A stretch of 64,000 bases of DNA from NCBI GenBank assembly GCA_963706595.1, contig OY970166.1:4928001-4992000 (forward strand), read 5' to 3'. The DNA is from an uncultured cyanobacterium. Its GTDB lineage: Bacteria > Cyanobacteriota > Cyanobacteriia > Cyanobacteriales > Nostocaceae. The translations under genes were made by a program, and so were the position numbers. Shown piece after piece: positions 43,582 through 54,998 of this stretch; position 1 is the first letter of the stretch; the number at the start of each line of letters is the position of its first letter. Under the pieces are notes generated by a model. That model did not search any database. It had not been told where the DNA came from and saw nothing but the letters and a program-made list of their open reading frames with translations.

Positions 43582-44634
43582 ATGGTTACACTATCTCCTA
43601 CTTTAAAAGCTAAACTCTCTCAACCCTTAAAAATCGGCTCCTTTGAGGTCAAAAGTCGAGTGCTTCAGTCGCCTTTATCTGGGGTGACAGATATGGTGTT
43701 TCGTCGTCTGGTGCGTCGCTATGCGCCAGATTCGATGTTGTATACAGAAATGGTAAATGCTACGGGGTTGCACTATGTGAAAGAGTTACCCAAAATTATG
43801 GAGGTAGACCCCAGGGAACGACCAATCAGTATTCAGCTATTTGATTGTCGCCCGGATTTCTTGGCAGAAGCCGCAATTAAGGCTGTTGCGGAGGGTGCTG
43901 ATACTATTGATATTAATATGGGCTGTCCGGTCAATAAAATTACTAAAAATGGTGGCGGTTCATCTTTATTACGTCAACCGGAAGTTGCTGAAGCGATTGT
44001 GCGGGAAGTAGTGAAGGCTGTTGGTGTCCCTGTTACGGTAAAAACCCGCATTGGCTGGAATGACCAGGAAATCACAATTTTGGATTTTGCCAAGCGCATG
44101 GAAGATGCTGGGGCGCAAATGATTACAGTGCATGGACGCACCCGCGCTCAAGGGTACAATGGTAATGCTCGATGGGAGTGGATTACCCGTGTGAAAGAAG
44201 TGCTTTCCATTCCGGTAATTGGGAATGGGGATATTTTTTCAGTAGAAGCGGCTGTAAGATGTTTGGAAGAAACTGGCGCTGATGGGGTGATGTGTTCTCG
44301 TGGGACTTTGGGTTATCCCTTTTTGGTGGGAGAAATAGACCATTTCTTGAAAACCGGGGAAATGTTACCGTCACCAAGTTCAATTCAGCTTTTGGAATGT
44401 GCCAAGGATCATTTACAGGCACTATGGGAATATAAAGGCGATCGCGGTGTCCGTCAAGCCCGTAAACACATGACTTGGTACGCGAAAGGTTTTGTCGGTG
44501 CGGCTGAGTTGCGGGGACAGCTAAGTTTAATTGAAACAGTGCAGCAAGGTTTAGATTTGATTGACCGAGGAATTGAACAGTTAAATCATAGTTATGAACC
44601 AATGGAGGAAGCAACGAATTTCCAAGTTGCTTAA
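43582..44634 (+). CDS. dusB: tRNA-dihydrouridine synthase
   Basis: DINMGCP, TVKTRIGW, VHGRTR, IGNGDI. Confidence 0.9.
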   Translation: MVTLSPTLKAKLSQPLKIGSFEVKSRVLQSPLSGVTDMVFRRLVRRYAPDSMLYTEMVNATGLHYVKELPKIMEVDPRERPISIQLFDCRPDFLAEAAIKAVAEGADTIDINMGCPVNKITKNGGGSSLLRQPEVAEAIVREVVKAVGVPVTVKTRIGWNDQEITILDFAKRMEDAGAQMITVHGRTRAQGYNGNARWEWITRVKEVLSIPVIGNGDIFSVEAAVRCLEETGADGVMCSRGTLGYPFLVGEIDHFLKTGEMLPSPSSIQLLECAKDHLQALWEYKGDRGVRQARKHMTWYAKGFVGAAELRGQLSLIETVQQGLDLIDRGIEQLNHSYEPMEEATNFQVA

Positions 44635-44697
44635 TCTAAATCGACCCCAGATTCTTGCTCCCTCTCCTTACTAAGGAGAGGGTTGGGGTGAGGTTCT

Positions 44698-47600
44698 TTA
44701 ATTCTTTACCCCGACATATTTATTCTTCCCAGACTCAACCTTTGATTTTGCATAATTATTAGCTGTTCTACTGTCAAAATTATTAATACCAGCCAACATT
44801 AATTCATCCCGTTGATGCCAAATAGTAAATATTCTTTCCCTGCCATCATAGAATGTATCTGAATCTATTTGATATGCGTCATCGACTCGTTTTAATTTCA
44901 ACCCTAATAAGTTTAATAGCCGACCAAGTATTTTGATGGCTGAAATACGTTCTTTTCCCCTCACCAAATCAATACCTAGCAATCGTTTAATGTGTTTACT
45001 ATGCTGAGAAGCAATATCTTTAAGCAAAATTAAATCAGGATGATGTTCTGTAAATTTTCGTTCGGGTTCTAAGAATTGCAGCATTCCTAGCGCCCTCATA
45101 GCTTCAACTTTACAGGTATAAGTTTTTAAATCTGGCAGAAAAACCTTACCATCACCCCATAATAATTGTTGATGCCATTCTTGCTGGTCTCTAACATGAA
45201 AATACTCACTTTCATGTGTAAGATAATAGTGAATCAGTAATTGAAAATAGTACCCTTTATCATCTCGCAACTTTAATACAGGAGTAACTGGAATCCCATA
45301 TCTTTGTCTGAGGGTATATTTATCAATTTGGTGACGTTCTGCTTCCAAAAGAGAATGTTTATTTAATAGTTGCTCATATTCTAGATAATTAATATCTCGC
45401 GCTTTGGCTACAGCCGTCGCGGCTGATAATTGATGTTGCTGCTTAATTTCTCTAATTTGAAATTTAATGTCTTTAGCTTTTTGACGCTTATCTGCCCAAT
45501 CTCTTTGCACTTTAACGATTTCTACAACCAATCTTTTGCGGTTTTCTACATCGTCAGAATCTGTTGCCAAAAATGCTAGGCGTAAATCTCTCACTATATT
45601 GTTGTGGACAGCATTACTTCGCAACCAAATTTGATGTCCATCTGCTATTAAACCATCGTGCATTGATTGGCGATAGAGACGAATCGAAGCGTTTACCCTC
45701 GCAGATAACTTTGCCCAAGTCCGCAAATGTATCGGGTCATAAACTAATGGCAAATCTACATCTATTTTATGTAACGGACTGAGCAAAGCTAAGTTTTCTT
45801 TTTGATTTTCTTGATACCAATCAGATAGCAATCGATAATTTGTACTCCCACTTCCAATTAAGCCTATTCCTCGCTTGGCACACCAGACAATTCGAGGTAC
45901 ATCATCTCGGACTCTTGCTAATGCTTGTCGTGCTTCTGAGTCAGGAATTACACCTTGAAAAATGCCATAAACTCGGTCGAAGTGTTGAACATCAATACTA
46001 ATTCCTGTACCAAGACTAGGAGTAACAAAAACTGTATCATATTCAGGAATTTTCTGATTAATATCTCCGACAAAATCAACGGCTGCATGACCAGGTGTGC
46101 TGGTTGTACGACTACTAATTACCAATGATTTAGGAAATTGCTGTCGTAATTTTGCTAATCGTTCTTTGAGGTAGCCTTCAATTGTTTCGCAACTATAACG
46201 CCCAGAGCGACTATCTGTAGTAACGTAACATTTACGTCCTGCTATTAAATCTAATTCTAATTGATGAATCAACGGTGTGGGGTTAGGAGAGTCATAGAAA
46301 GTCACATTCCAGCCTTTCTGCGGTTTCCATTGATTTAACAGTACCCAAGGCGTTATTTTAATTCCTGATAATCTTTGTAAATATTCTAAAGATACATCTG
46401 ATAAGTCAGCATCTTGGGCAATTACTAACCCCCCTGTTGTCAAAACAGTAGAAATTAGCTGTTGAAATAATTTTAAAATTTTGACTCGTTTATGTTTACA
46501 AGTATCACTGTTGAGTAGATGCCACAAAGATTGTTCTACTTCATCTAGAATTAATATTGCCCCTTGCCAATCTTGGAGGTTGAGTTTCCAAATAGAATCA
46601 ACACATAAACCGAAAGATTTACTTTTTTTTAATGCTTTGCTGATCATAGGTAAAGTTTGATCTGCTGGCATTAAATATCGATTATTATCAAATCCCCACT
46701 GAATACCAATCTTCTCACACAAAAACCTACCTAATTGAATTCTGTGAGTAATTAACAATACGGGTCGATTTGAAGTTTTAGCTTGATTAACAATAGTTTG
46801 CAGTGCTGTGGTTTTTCCTGTGCCTTTGGCTGATTTTACTCCCACTAATCCCGCAATGGGGTAATTCACATCTTCTAAGTAAGGACAGTTGACTGTGAGT
46901 GCAGCCGGAATAGTTAACTGAGTATGGGGTTTGGTTTGGGCTAAATAAATCTCTAAATCAACACTTTGGCGATAAACTTTATCGAAACCACTTGTACCTT
47001 TAGCAGCAATTAGTTCATCAACACCTTTTTCTATTCCTGGAAGTTCAATAACTTTGATAGGGCATTTTTTTTCTTGGAATAAACAACCTAGTTGGGAAAT
47101 GGCGTTATTGATAGCCGCAATTTTTCTCGGTTGAGTTTCAAAATCAAAACAAATATAAAAGGGGCGTTTTGTGATTGCAAATGCTGCTAAGTCGGGAATT
47201 AGTTGGCGACTTGTGACTTTACCAGATATATCTTTGACAACCCGATAACCACTGGTAATTCCCGGAATGGCGATCGCAACGTATCCTTGTGTTAATAGTG
47301 CTGCTGCTTTCTTCACACCCTCGCAGATAATCACGGGTATCTTTTGTTGCATTACCCACAACCAAAACCCCTCAGCTTCTCCATGAGCATCAACGTTGAT
47401 ACTGCTGGGCATCGTTAAATTATACCGTTGCGAGACTTGCTGCCAAATTTTTATTGTCACCCGCAGACAAAATACCCGTGTTGGTGTGCTGGGTGGATGT
47501 TCGTACTTGATAGATTTACCATTCTGATTAATTCGGGGTTGGTTTGGTTTAAAACAGCCCCATTCCATTGATTCCCAGTGATTTAGAGGATCTAAACCAG

Positions 47601-47820
47601 AACACCACCAACCGCCTGCGGTAACATGATTGTAGCGCTGTAACCAACTATTTCTTATCTTACCAGTGTTCGTACGGGGAAGATGTTCAGAAATGAACAG
47701 ATACTCATAGGCTGATGCGTCTTGGAGAGATTGAAAATTAAGTTGCGCTAAGTGTAAATCTATACTACTACTCTTGACTAATTCCTCAAGGTGTTGGGTG
47801 TGTAAATAGTGCAGATGCAT
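44698..47820 (-). CDS. CyRepA1-like replication protein (DUF3854/TOPRIM-like plus helicase-like domain)
   Basis: CEGVKKA, CFDFE, KGVDE; Walker A SAKGTGKT; LILDEVEQ; PSLGTGISID; QALARVR. Confidence 0.75.
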   Translation of the reverse strand: MHLHYLHTQHLEELVKSSSIDLHLAQLNFQSLQDASAYEYLFISEHLPRTNTGKIRNSWLQRYNHVTAGGWWCSGLDPLNHWESMEWGCFKPNQPRINQNGKSIKYEHPPSTPTRVFCLRVTIKIWQQVSQRYNLTMPSSINVDAHGEAEGFWLWVMQQKIPVIICEGVKKAAALLTQGYVAIAIPGITSGYRVVKDISGKVTSRQLIPDLAAFAITKRPFYICFDFETQPRKIAAINNAISQLGCLFQEKKCPIKVIELPGIEKGVDELIAAKGTSGFDKVYRQSVDLEIYLAQTKPHTQLTIPAALTVNCPYLEDVNYPIAGLVGVKSAKGTGKTTALQTIVNQAKTSNRPVLLITHRIQLGRFLCEKIGIQWGFDNNRYLMPADQTLPMISKALKKSKSFGLCVDSIWKLNLQDWQGAILILDEVEQSLWHLLNSDTCKHKRVKILKLFQQLISTVLTTGGLVIAQDADLSDVSLEYLQRLSGIKITPWVLLNQWKPQKGWNVTFYDSPNPTPLIHQLELDLIAGRKCYVTTDSRSGRYSCETIEGYLKERLAKLRQQFPKSLVISSRTTSTPGHAAVDFVGDINQKIPEYDTVFVTPSLGTGISIDVQHFDRVYGIFQGVIPDSEARQALARVRDDVPRIVWCAKRGIGLIGSGSTNYRLLSDWYQENQKENLALLSPLHKIDVDLPLVYDPIHLRTWAKLSARVNASIRLYRQSMHDGLIADGHQIWLRSNAVHNNIVRDLRLAFLATDSDDVENRKRLVVEIVKVQRDWADKRQKAKDIKFQIREIKQQHQLSAATAVAKARDINYLEYEQLLNKHSLLEAERHQIDKYTLRQRYGIPVTPVLKLRDDKGYYFQLLIHYYLTHESEYFHVRDQQEWHQQLLWGDGKVFLPDLKTYTCKVEAMRALGMLQFLEPERKFTEHHPDLILLKDIASQHSKHIKRLLGIDLVRGKERISAIKILGRLLNLLGLKLKRVDDAYQIDSDTFYDGRERIFTIWHQRDELMLAGINNFDSRTANNYAKSKVESGKNKYVGVKN

Positions 47821-48154
47821 GGAGTGACCCTTGAACGGAATACGATGGATTTAAAACTTACCATGCTTTCGCTGATTTTTTATGGAAGAGATTACGAGGG
47901 TTTTATGATACTTTTTTTACCTCGTTCTAGTGAATACATCGGTGAGTCATCAAGTGGATGATTCTGCCAGAGTAGATTGCTGAAGTAATAAGCTTGTATT
48001 GTAATATTTGCTGATTATTAATTTTAATTTTTCAGTATATTTTCTATTTTGTTAGCGTAAGGGTACTATAAGAAATTTGTATAAATTAGTTTTAGGATTT
48101 TTTAACGCAGAGGGGCGCGGAGGTAAGCGCAAAGGTACGCAGAGGTTTTTGTAT

Positions 48155-49675
48155 TTATCTGTGTTCATCTGGAATACACACATCTGGCGCACACAAACCA
48201 GGAAATTCTAACGTTGTCACTTCAAAGCTTTTCAAATCTACCCGACGGATAACGTGGTTATTCGTATCACTAATATATAGATAGCCACCCATAACACTCA
48301 ATCCCGAAGGTTCAAAAAAACGTGTATTCTGCCCTTTACCATCTTGTAAACCCGCAGAACCATCTCCCAAAACTGTTTGACAATTGCCTGTACTGGGACT
48401 GACTAATTTAATCTTGTGATTATATGTATCTGCTACCCACAGATAATTTTGGGCAGATTCAACTCCTAAACAATGCTGTAAGCGGACGTTCTCACCTTGT
48501 CCATCGATATCACCAAAACCAAATAATTGCCTACTACCACAAATGGTTCTGACTTGCTGCGGTTCTTTCAGTCCCACACCACGAATTGAACTTACTTCAC
48601 TATCAGCAATATATAATTCTTGTCCATTGGTAGTGATTCCACTAGGTTGGGCAAATACTGACTCGGTAAGTAAACCATCTACACAAGCTTCTGCACCAGT
48701 TCCAGCATAGGTGTTAACGATACCGCTTTCTAAGTTCATTTGCCAAATTTGATGCGACCCAGCCATTGCAATAAACAGGGTTTGTCCCAATTGCACCACA
48801 TCCCAAGGGGAATTCAAGGACGTTTCTAGTCCAGCACCCCCATGAGGACGGATATTGTGGCTTTGTTCACCAGTTCCGGCGATGGTTTCTACTATTTGAC
48901 GCTTGAGGTCAACTCGTCGCAGGGTATGATTTTCTGTATCAGCAACAAAGAGAATTTGATTTTCTGGATCAAATGCCATTCCTTGGGGTGCGAAAAACTG
49001 CGCTTCGTTAAATGCGCCATCGGTTAAGCCAGATTTTCCCGTTCCAATTAAGTGCAGAATTTCCCCGTCGTAGTTACTCATTACTACACGGTGATGTCCA
49101 GAGTCAGCGATAAATAAGCCGGCTGGAGTGGCGAGAACTTTACCAGGAAAAGCCAATGGTGTAATTAATGGTTGGCGCTGTTTTTCTAAAGTGAGTCTGA
49201 GTTCCTGGAAATTAATCGTACCTTTTGCTTGGTGTTGACTAATTAATTGCTGAATTAATTCGTCTAAAGTATCACGCTTGCCTTCACCAGAAAGATCACC
49301 AATTACGTAACCTTCTGGATCAATAATCATGAAGGTAGGCCAAGCACGCACAGTATACTCTTCCCAAACCCGAAAATCTCTATCTACTAAAACTGGATGT
49401 TCGATGTCGTAGCGCAGGATGGCTTGGCGAATATTCTCAATCTCTTTTTCGTTGTCAAATTTGGCAGAGTGTACGCCGATAACGGTGAGGCTATCTGGAT
49501 ATTTTTGTTCTAAATATTTCAAATCTGGCAGAATGTGCAGACAATTAATACAGCAATATGTCCAAAAGTCCAAAATTATCACTCTACCCCTGAGTTCTTT
49601 GAGAGACAAAGGTTGATCAGTGTTGAGCCAAGTGTAATTTTGTGGTAGTTCTGGCGCTCTGACACGGGGAGTCAT
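48155..49675 (-). CDS. Thioredoxin-like plus NHL-repeat protein
   Basis: LDFWTYCCINC, GVHSAKF, repeated ADT.NH motifs. Confidence 0.88.
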   Translation of the reverse strand: MTPRVRAPELPQNYTWLNTDQPLSLKELRGRVIILDFWTYCCINCLHILPDLKYLEQKYPDSLTVIGVHSAKFDNEKEIENIRQAILRYDIEHPVLVDRDFRVWEEYTVRAWPTFMIIDPEGYVIGDLSGEGKRDTLDELIQQLISQHQAKGTINFQELRLTLEKQRQPLITPLAFPGKVLATPAGLFIADSGHHRVVMSNYDGEILHLIGTGKSGLTDGAFNEAQFFAPQGMAFDPENQILFVADTENHTLRRVDLKRQIVETIAGTGEQSHNIRPHGGAGLETSLNSPWDVVQLGQTLFIAMAGSHQIWQMNLESGIVNTYAGTGAEACVDGLLTESVFAQPSGITTNGQELYIADSEVSSIRGVGLKEPQQVRTICGSRQLFGFGDIDGQGENVRLQHCLGVESAQNYLWVADTYNHKIKLVSPSTGNCQTVLGDGSAGLQDGKGQNTRFFEPSGLSVMGGYLYISDTNNHVIRRVDLKSFEVTTLEFPGLCAPDVCIPDEHR

Positions 49676-49705
49676 AGAGTATCCTTTGGTTTTAGCTTAA
49701 ACAGC

Positions 49706-50166
49706 AAGAAGCCTCTCACTTAACACGATAGCGGAAGTGATGAGATGAATTGCGCGTGAATTGACGACAGTCTCCCGACCAATGCGACAGCGAGGAAGGG
49801 AGACACGGAGGAAACGAGCAAAATATTTTAAATTTGGTATAATCGATTTGGTTGACTTCACCCATATTGGTGTCTGATAAGCCTCTGTCCAATAGCATTA
49901 CGATTATTGGTAAGCGACTCCGTTGCACAGCATAGAAGCAAGTAGGCACATCTTGATTAATACAGATCACCTCCGGGTTTGTCCTATAGCGCGAATAAGC
50001 CAGCATCTCATCCAGGACAGTAAAATTTGTAGGGTACAAGGTAAGAAATTGCATAGTCTGCGGAGGGGCTTCTCGTGGACTTAAAACAAAGCTCAGTCAA
50101 TGTCTTCATAGAAGAGTCGCTGAGAAGCCTACACTGTATGCTTGCATCAGTGTAGGAGTATGTCAC
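49706..50166 (+). mobile_element. Non-autonomous IS200/IS605-like element with no transposase
   Basis: Left AAGAAGCC plus bulged hairpin CTCTCACTT...AAGTGATGAG; right GAGAAGCCTACACTG...CAGTGTAGGAGTATGTCAC. Confidence 0.55.
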
Positions 50167-50366
50167 TGGTAGGCGATACTAATATAGTTGTCTCATAATC
50201 CGGGCGGGCAGGATGCCCACCCCACAAAATGGTTGATTTTCAGCAGTTTTCATGGAAATGAAGTACAGATATAGTTAATAATTTTTTGATCAACTATATC
50301 TGTACTTCCGAACTGCTGTATTTCTGCCAAATTACTTCTTATCTGCCCTCTTCGCTGGTGTTTTGG

Positions 50367-52073
50367 TTATTTCTCCATAGTGGTAACTTTGTATTCTCCA
50401 GCCCTTTCTTCCTGTTCTGGTACAGGCTTAGTTTCTGGAACTACTGGAGACTCACTGGGAGATAATTTAAATTTTGGCAACTGTCGCGGGTTGAAATATC
50501 TTTTTAATGACGGTTTTTCAGGGTCGGGAGCAATTTTTGTGGGTAACGGTATTGATTCACCTGTTGGCGTTTCCTCTGGTTGTTCTTTCTGTGTAGGTGA
50601 CTCACTAGATTTTGGCGTTTCTGGTTTAGCTAATTTTTCCGGTGCTTCAACTTGAGGTGTGGGAATGATCTCAGGTTCTGCTTCTGATGCAGGTGATTCA
50701 ATAATTTCTGGTAGTGTCGGGGGTAAACTTGTTGACGGTTCAGTTGTCGAGACTGAACGACGTTGGAAAAATCCCTCAAATTTTGGCGTTTCTGGTTTAG
50801 CTACTTTTTCTTCCGGTGTTTCAATTTGAGGTGTGGGAATGATTTCAGGTTCTGCTTCTGATGCAGGTGACTCAATAATCTCTGGTAATGTCGGGGGTAA
50901 ACTCGGTGACGGTTCTATTGTCGGGACTGCACGACGTTTGAAGAATCCCTCAGACTTTGATGTTTCGTTTGCTTCAACTTGGGGTGTCGGTTTTACGGGT
51001 GTTTCTGGAACTTCAGTTTTAGGAATAATCTGAGGCTGTGATTCTGGTGTTGTTTCAACGCTGGGGGTAGGTGTAGGTTCAACTACTGGTTTCTTCGCAG
51101 TGTAATTGGGGTCTACAATACTACGCACCTGATCCGCCTTCAATTCTCCTCTAACAATTCTCGAAAGTGTGTCTTTACCCTGGGGCTGATAATTAATCAG
51201 TCTGGCTGTGGTATTAAAGGCATTTTTTAGAGGATTTCCCTGATTATCGAGAAATTCTAGTTTTACCCAGTTGTTACCGGGTTTGAAGCCCTTGAGGTAA
51301 ATTGGTTGCCAACGATCCAAAATGAAGCTTTCATTATTAATTGTGCAACGAATGCGCCAATCGCTGAACGTATCGTTAGGGTTGTCTTCAGCTACTAGGC
51401 GCAGAGGCGCGTTAGTTAAATAAAAGTCCAGTAAAATTGGTTCTGCACCGTAACTGCCTTTAGGACGGCTGTAAGTTAGTACAGGCAGAGTAGGATCAGG
51501 GTTATTGTCCTCAGTCTTAGTGAAAATATGAAATGTTGTCTGGGCGTAAGCACCTTCATTTTTAAAGCTTTCGTGCCAAGGACGAGAAGCAAAAACGCGT
51601 AGGGTATGTGTACCAGGAGAAACTTCTGGTAAAACTAGAGGTTTATTTACATCGTACACAGCTATATAAGGTTGGTTATCGAGAATTACGTGTAAATGAG
51701 GCCCTAATTCCAATTCAGGATCTTTAAATATTGGTATATCCTTGACCCGAAAGCTGACTGTAACTGTACTGTCTTGGAGGACTTCATCAGGTTGGGGAGA
51801 TAGGATTGTCACCTGTGGCCGATAATTTTCTAAGGTGAGGCGCAGTTCCTGGATGACCTCTGGTGGGGATACTTCGGAAAATTGCTGAGAAATTTGAGAA
51901 ATTTTGGGCGGGTTATTTCTTTGGCTAAAAGGTACTTCTTGACTACCAGCTTTTTCACCACAACTGGTTAGACTCAATACCAGCACCAATGTCATCAGCC
52001 ACTTAAAAATATTAAATTTCAGAGAAAATATTTGCTTTAGCACCCCTGGCTGCCACGATTTCATGCATTTCAT
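50367..52073 (-). CDS. Putative lipoprotein with a Pro/Glu-rich repeated C-terminus
   Basis: Lipobox-like LVLSLTSC; duplicated SLPPTLPEIIESPASEAEPEIIPTPQ. Confidence 0.75.
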   Translation of the reverse strand: MKCMKSWQPGVLKQIFSLKFNIFKWLMTLVLVLSLTSCGEKAGSQEVPFSQRNNPPKISQISQQFSEVSPPEVIQELRLTLENYRPQVTILSPQPDEVLQDSTVTVSFRVKDIPIFKDPELELGPHLHVILDNQPYIAVYDVNKPLVLPEVSPGTHTLRVFASRPWHESFKNEGAYAQTTFHIFTKTEDNNPDPTLPVLTYSRPKGSYGAEPILLDFYLTNAPLRLVAEDNPNDTFSDWRIRCTINNESFILDRWQPIYLKGFKPGNNWVKLEFLDNQGNPLKNAFNTTARLINYQPQGKDTLSRIVRGELKADQVRSIVDPNYTAKKPVVEPTPTPSVETTPESQPQIIPKTEVPETPVKPTPQVEANETSKSEGFFKRRAVPTIEPSPSLPPTLPEIIESPASEAEPEIIPTPQIETPEEKVAKPETPKFEGFFQRRSVSTTEPSTSLPPTLPEIIESPASEAEPEIIPTPQVEAPEKLAKPETPKSSESPTQKEQPEETPTGESIPLPTKIAPDPEKPSLKRYFNPRQLPKFKLSPSESPVVPETKPVPEQEERAGEYKVTTMEK

Positions 52074-52608
52074 CCTAGTGATGGTTGGTCTTCAGTCACT
52101 GATTAAGTTATTTTGACTTAAACCGTGTATCGGACACCATAGCCCAAAAGGTGAAATGTTTTCTACACGCTTTAACATTTTCTTTTGATGTTTTCAGGTA
52201 ACTTTAAAATAATTAATAATTTTTACAGGTTTTTTCCGTAGCAATGGAAACATGAATAAGAAAATTAGGCATATCAACCTGTAATACCCGCCAAATGCGG
52301 TTAATTGGGTTAAACCATAAGTTTGCTAAATTGTTATCCTTTGTAAATTAAATGGAGAAACTCTTGACTTTTAGCTCAAAAGTTGGAATATAAAAGGCTT
52401 GCAAGGTCATTATTTGAGCTAATTTGAAGCTAATTTGAATTATTGTTAAAATGTATTTAACAATGCACCTGTAATGAGTCTATAATTCAACAGAAACAAA
52501 CTTCCACATAGAGTCTTCATCACTGCTCCAGGAATTTCTGTAGTTTGCGACTAGGTTTAACTTTGTGGTATTTATGATTCCTCATTCCTTACTAAGAGAG
52601 GAGGTCGA

Positions 52609-54867
52609 ATGACGATTAGTCCTCCGGAGCGAGAGGAAAAGAAGGCAAGAGTCATAGTTGATAAAGATCCTGTTCCTACCTCATTTGAAAAATGGGCAAA
52701 GCCAGGACACTTCGACAGATCCTTAGCCAAAGGACCCAAAACCACCACCTGGATTTGGAACCTTCATGCCCTCGCCCATGACTTTGATACACATACAAGC
52801 GATTTAGAAGACATTTCTCGTAAAATCTTCGCGGCACACTTCGGACATTTATCCGTAGTAGCGATTTGGTTAAGCGGGATGTTATTCCACGGCGCTAAAT
52901 TCTCGAATTACGAAGCTTGGTTAAGCGACCCACTAAATGTGAGTCCCAGCGCTCAAGTAGTTTGGCCCATTGTGGGACAAGACATTTTAAATGGTGATGT
53001 CGGCGGTGGATTCCGCGGTATTCAGATCACCTCTGGCTTGTTCCAAGTATGGCGCGGCTGGGGGATCACAAGCTCATTCCAGCTTTACGTCACAGCTATT
53101 GGCGGCTTGGTATTAGCAGGATTGTTCTTATTTGCTGGTTGGTTCCATTACCACAAGCGCGCTCCTAAACTGGAATGGTTCCAGAACGTGGAGTCAATGC
53201 TGAATCATCACTTGGCAGTATTGCTAGGTTGTGGTTCCTTGGGATGGACTGGACACCTAATCCATGTGTCAGCACCAATCAACAAACTCTTGGATGCGGG
53301 TGTAGCTGCTAAAGATATACCTTTGCCCCACGAGTTCATCCTGAACAAAGACTTGTTGACAGATTTGTATCCCAGCTTTGCTAATGGGTTAACACCATTC
53401 TTCACCTTGAATTGGGGTCAGTATGCTGACTTCCTAACCTTCAAGGGCGGTTTGAACCCTGTAACAGGCGGCTTGTGGATGACCGATATTGCCCATCACC
53501 ATTTGGCGATCGCGGTTCTGTTCATCATTGCTGGTCATATGTACCGTACCAACTGGGGTATCGGTCACAGTATTAAAGAAATCCTGGAAAACCATAAAGG
53601 TCCTTTCACAGGAGAAGGTCATAAAGGTTTGTATGAAAACCTGACCACATCCTGGCACGCTCAGTTGGCAACTAACCTTGCTTTCTTGGGTTCACTGACC
53701 ATCATCATTGCTCACCACATGTACGCAATGCCTCCGTATCCTTACTTGGCAACGGATTACGCAACGCAATTGTGTATATTTACCCACCACATGTGGATCG
53801 GTGGCTTCTTGATTGTCGGTGGTGCGGCTCACGCAGCCATATTCATGGTGCGGGATTACGATCCTGTTGTGAACCAAAACAACGTGTTAGATCGTGTGAT
53901 TCGTCACCGGGATGCTATTATTTCCCATCTGAACTGGGTGTGTATTTTCTTAGGCTTCCACAGCTTTGGTTTGTACATCCACAACGATACAATGCGTGCC
54001 TTGGGTCGTCCCCAAGATATGTTCTCCGACTCGGCAATTCAGTTGCAGCCAGTATTTGCTCAGTGGGTGCAAAACCTGCACACCCTAGCTCCTGGTGGTA
54101 CTGCTCCTAATGCTATTGAGCCAGTTAGTTATGCTTTTGGCGGCGGTATTTTGGCTGTCGGTGGCAAAGTGGCAATGATGCCGATTGCTTTGGGTACTGC
54201 GGACTTTTTAGTTCACCATATTCACGCCTTCACCATTCACGTCACCGTCCTGATTCTGCTCAAGGGTGTATTGTACGCCCGTAGTTCTCGTCTGATTCCA
54301 GACAAGGCAAACTTAGGCTTCCGCTTCCCTTGCGACGGTCCAGGCCGTGGCGGTACTTGCCAAGTATCTGGTTGGGACCACGTGTTCCTCGGATTATTCT
54401 GGATGTACAACTCCCTATCGATTGTGATCTTCCACTTCAGTTGGAAAATGCAATCAGATGTCTGGGGAACAGTAGATGCAGCAGGTAATGTGTCTCACAT
54501 TACTGGTGGTAACTTTGCTGAAAGTGCCATCACCATTAATGGCTGGTTGCGTGACTTCTTGTGGGCGCAAGCTTCACAAGTAATCAACTCCTACGGCAGT
54601 GCTTTATCTGCTTATGGTCTACTCTTCTTAGGCGCTCACTTTGTATGGGCATTCAGCTTAATGTTCCTGTTCAGTGGTCGCGGCTACTGGCAAGAACTGA
54701 TTGAGTCCATTGTTTGGGCGCACAATAAGTTGAAAGTAGCACCAGCAATTCAGCCTCGCGCTCTGAGCATCATTCAGGGACGAGCTGTAGGTGTAGCTCA
54801 CTACCTCTTAGGAGGAATTGTGACCACCTGGGCATTCTTCCACGCACACATCCTTTCAGTAGGGTAG
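52609..54867 (+). CDS. psaA: Photosystem I P700 apoprotein A1
   Basis: [22 protein letters not shown]. Confidence 0.98.
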   Translation: MTISPPEREEKKARVIVDKDPVPTSFEKWAKPGHFDRSLAKGPKTTTWIWNLHALAHDFDTHTSDLEDISRKIFAAHFGHLSVVAIWLSGMLFHGAKFSNYEAWLSDPLNVSPSAQVVWPIVGQDILNGDVGGGFRGIQITSGLFQVWRGWGITSSFQLYVTAIGGLVLAGLFLFAGWFHYHKRAPKLEWFQNVESMLNHHLAVLLGCGSLGWTGHLIHVSAPINKLLDAGVAAKDIPLPHEFILNKDLLTDLYPSFANGLTPFFTLNWGQYADFLTFKGGLNPVTGGLWMTDIAHHHLAIAVLFIIAGHMYRTNWGIGHSIKEILENHKGPFTGEGHKGLYENLTTSWHAQLATNLAFLGSLTIIIAHHMYAMPPYPYLATDYATQLCIFTHHMWIGGFLIVGGAAHAAIFMVRDYDPVVNQNNVLDRVIRHRDAIISHLNWVCIFLGFHSFGLYIHNDTMRALGRPQDMFSDSAIQLQPVFAQWVQNLHTLAPGGTAPNAIEPVSYAFGGGILAVGGKVAMMPIALGTADFLVHHIHAFTIHVTVLILLKGVLYARSSRLIPDKANLGFRFPCDGPGRGGTCQVSGWDHVFLGLFWMYNSLSIVIFHFSWKMQSDVWGTVDAAGNVSHITGGNFAESAITINGWLRDFLWAQASQVINSYGSALSAYGLLFLGAHFVWAFSLMFLFSGRGYWQELIESIVWAHNKLKVAPAIQPRALSIIQGRAVGVAHYLLGGIVTTWAFFHAHILSVG

Positions 54868-54998
54868 CAATTCACTTCAGAAGGGCTGGGGGCTGGGTGC
54901 TGGGTGCTGAGTAATAAAAGCTCAAAACCTAGTACTCAAAACTCAGAACTTCAAAAGATGACACCTGATGGCTAAAAGTCAGAGGATTTCTCAAACCT

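Noticed and set aside
49716..50054. 112-aa ORF inside the IS-like element; also considered a group I intron
   Set aside because: No transposase motifs; only a weak ATAGTC resemblance with no convincing group I core
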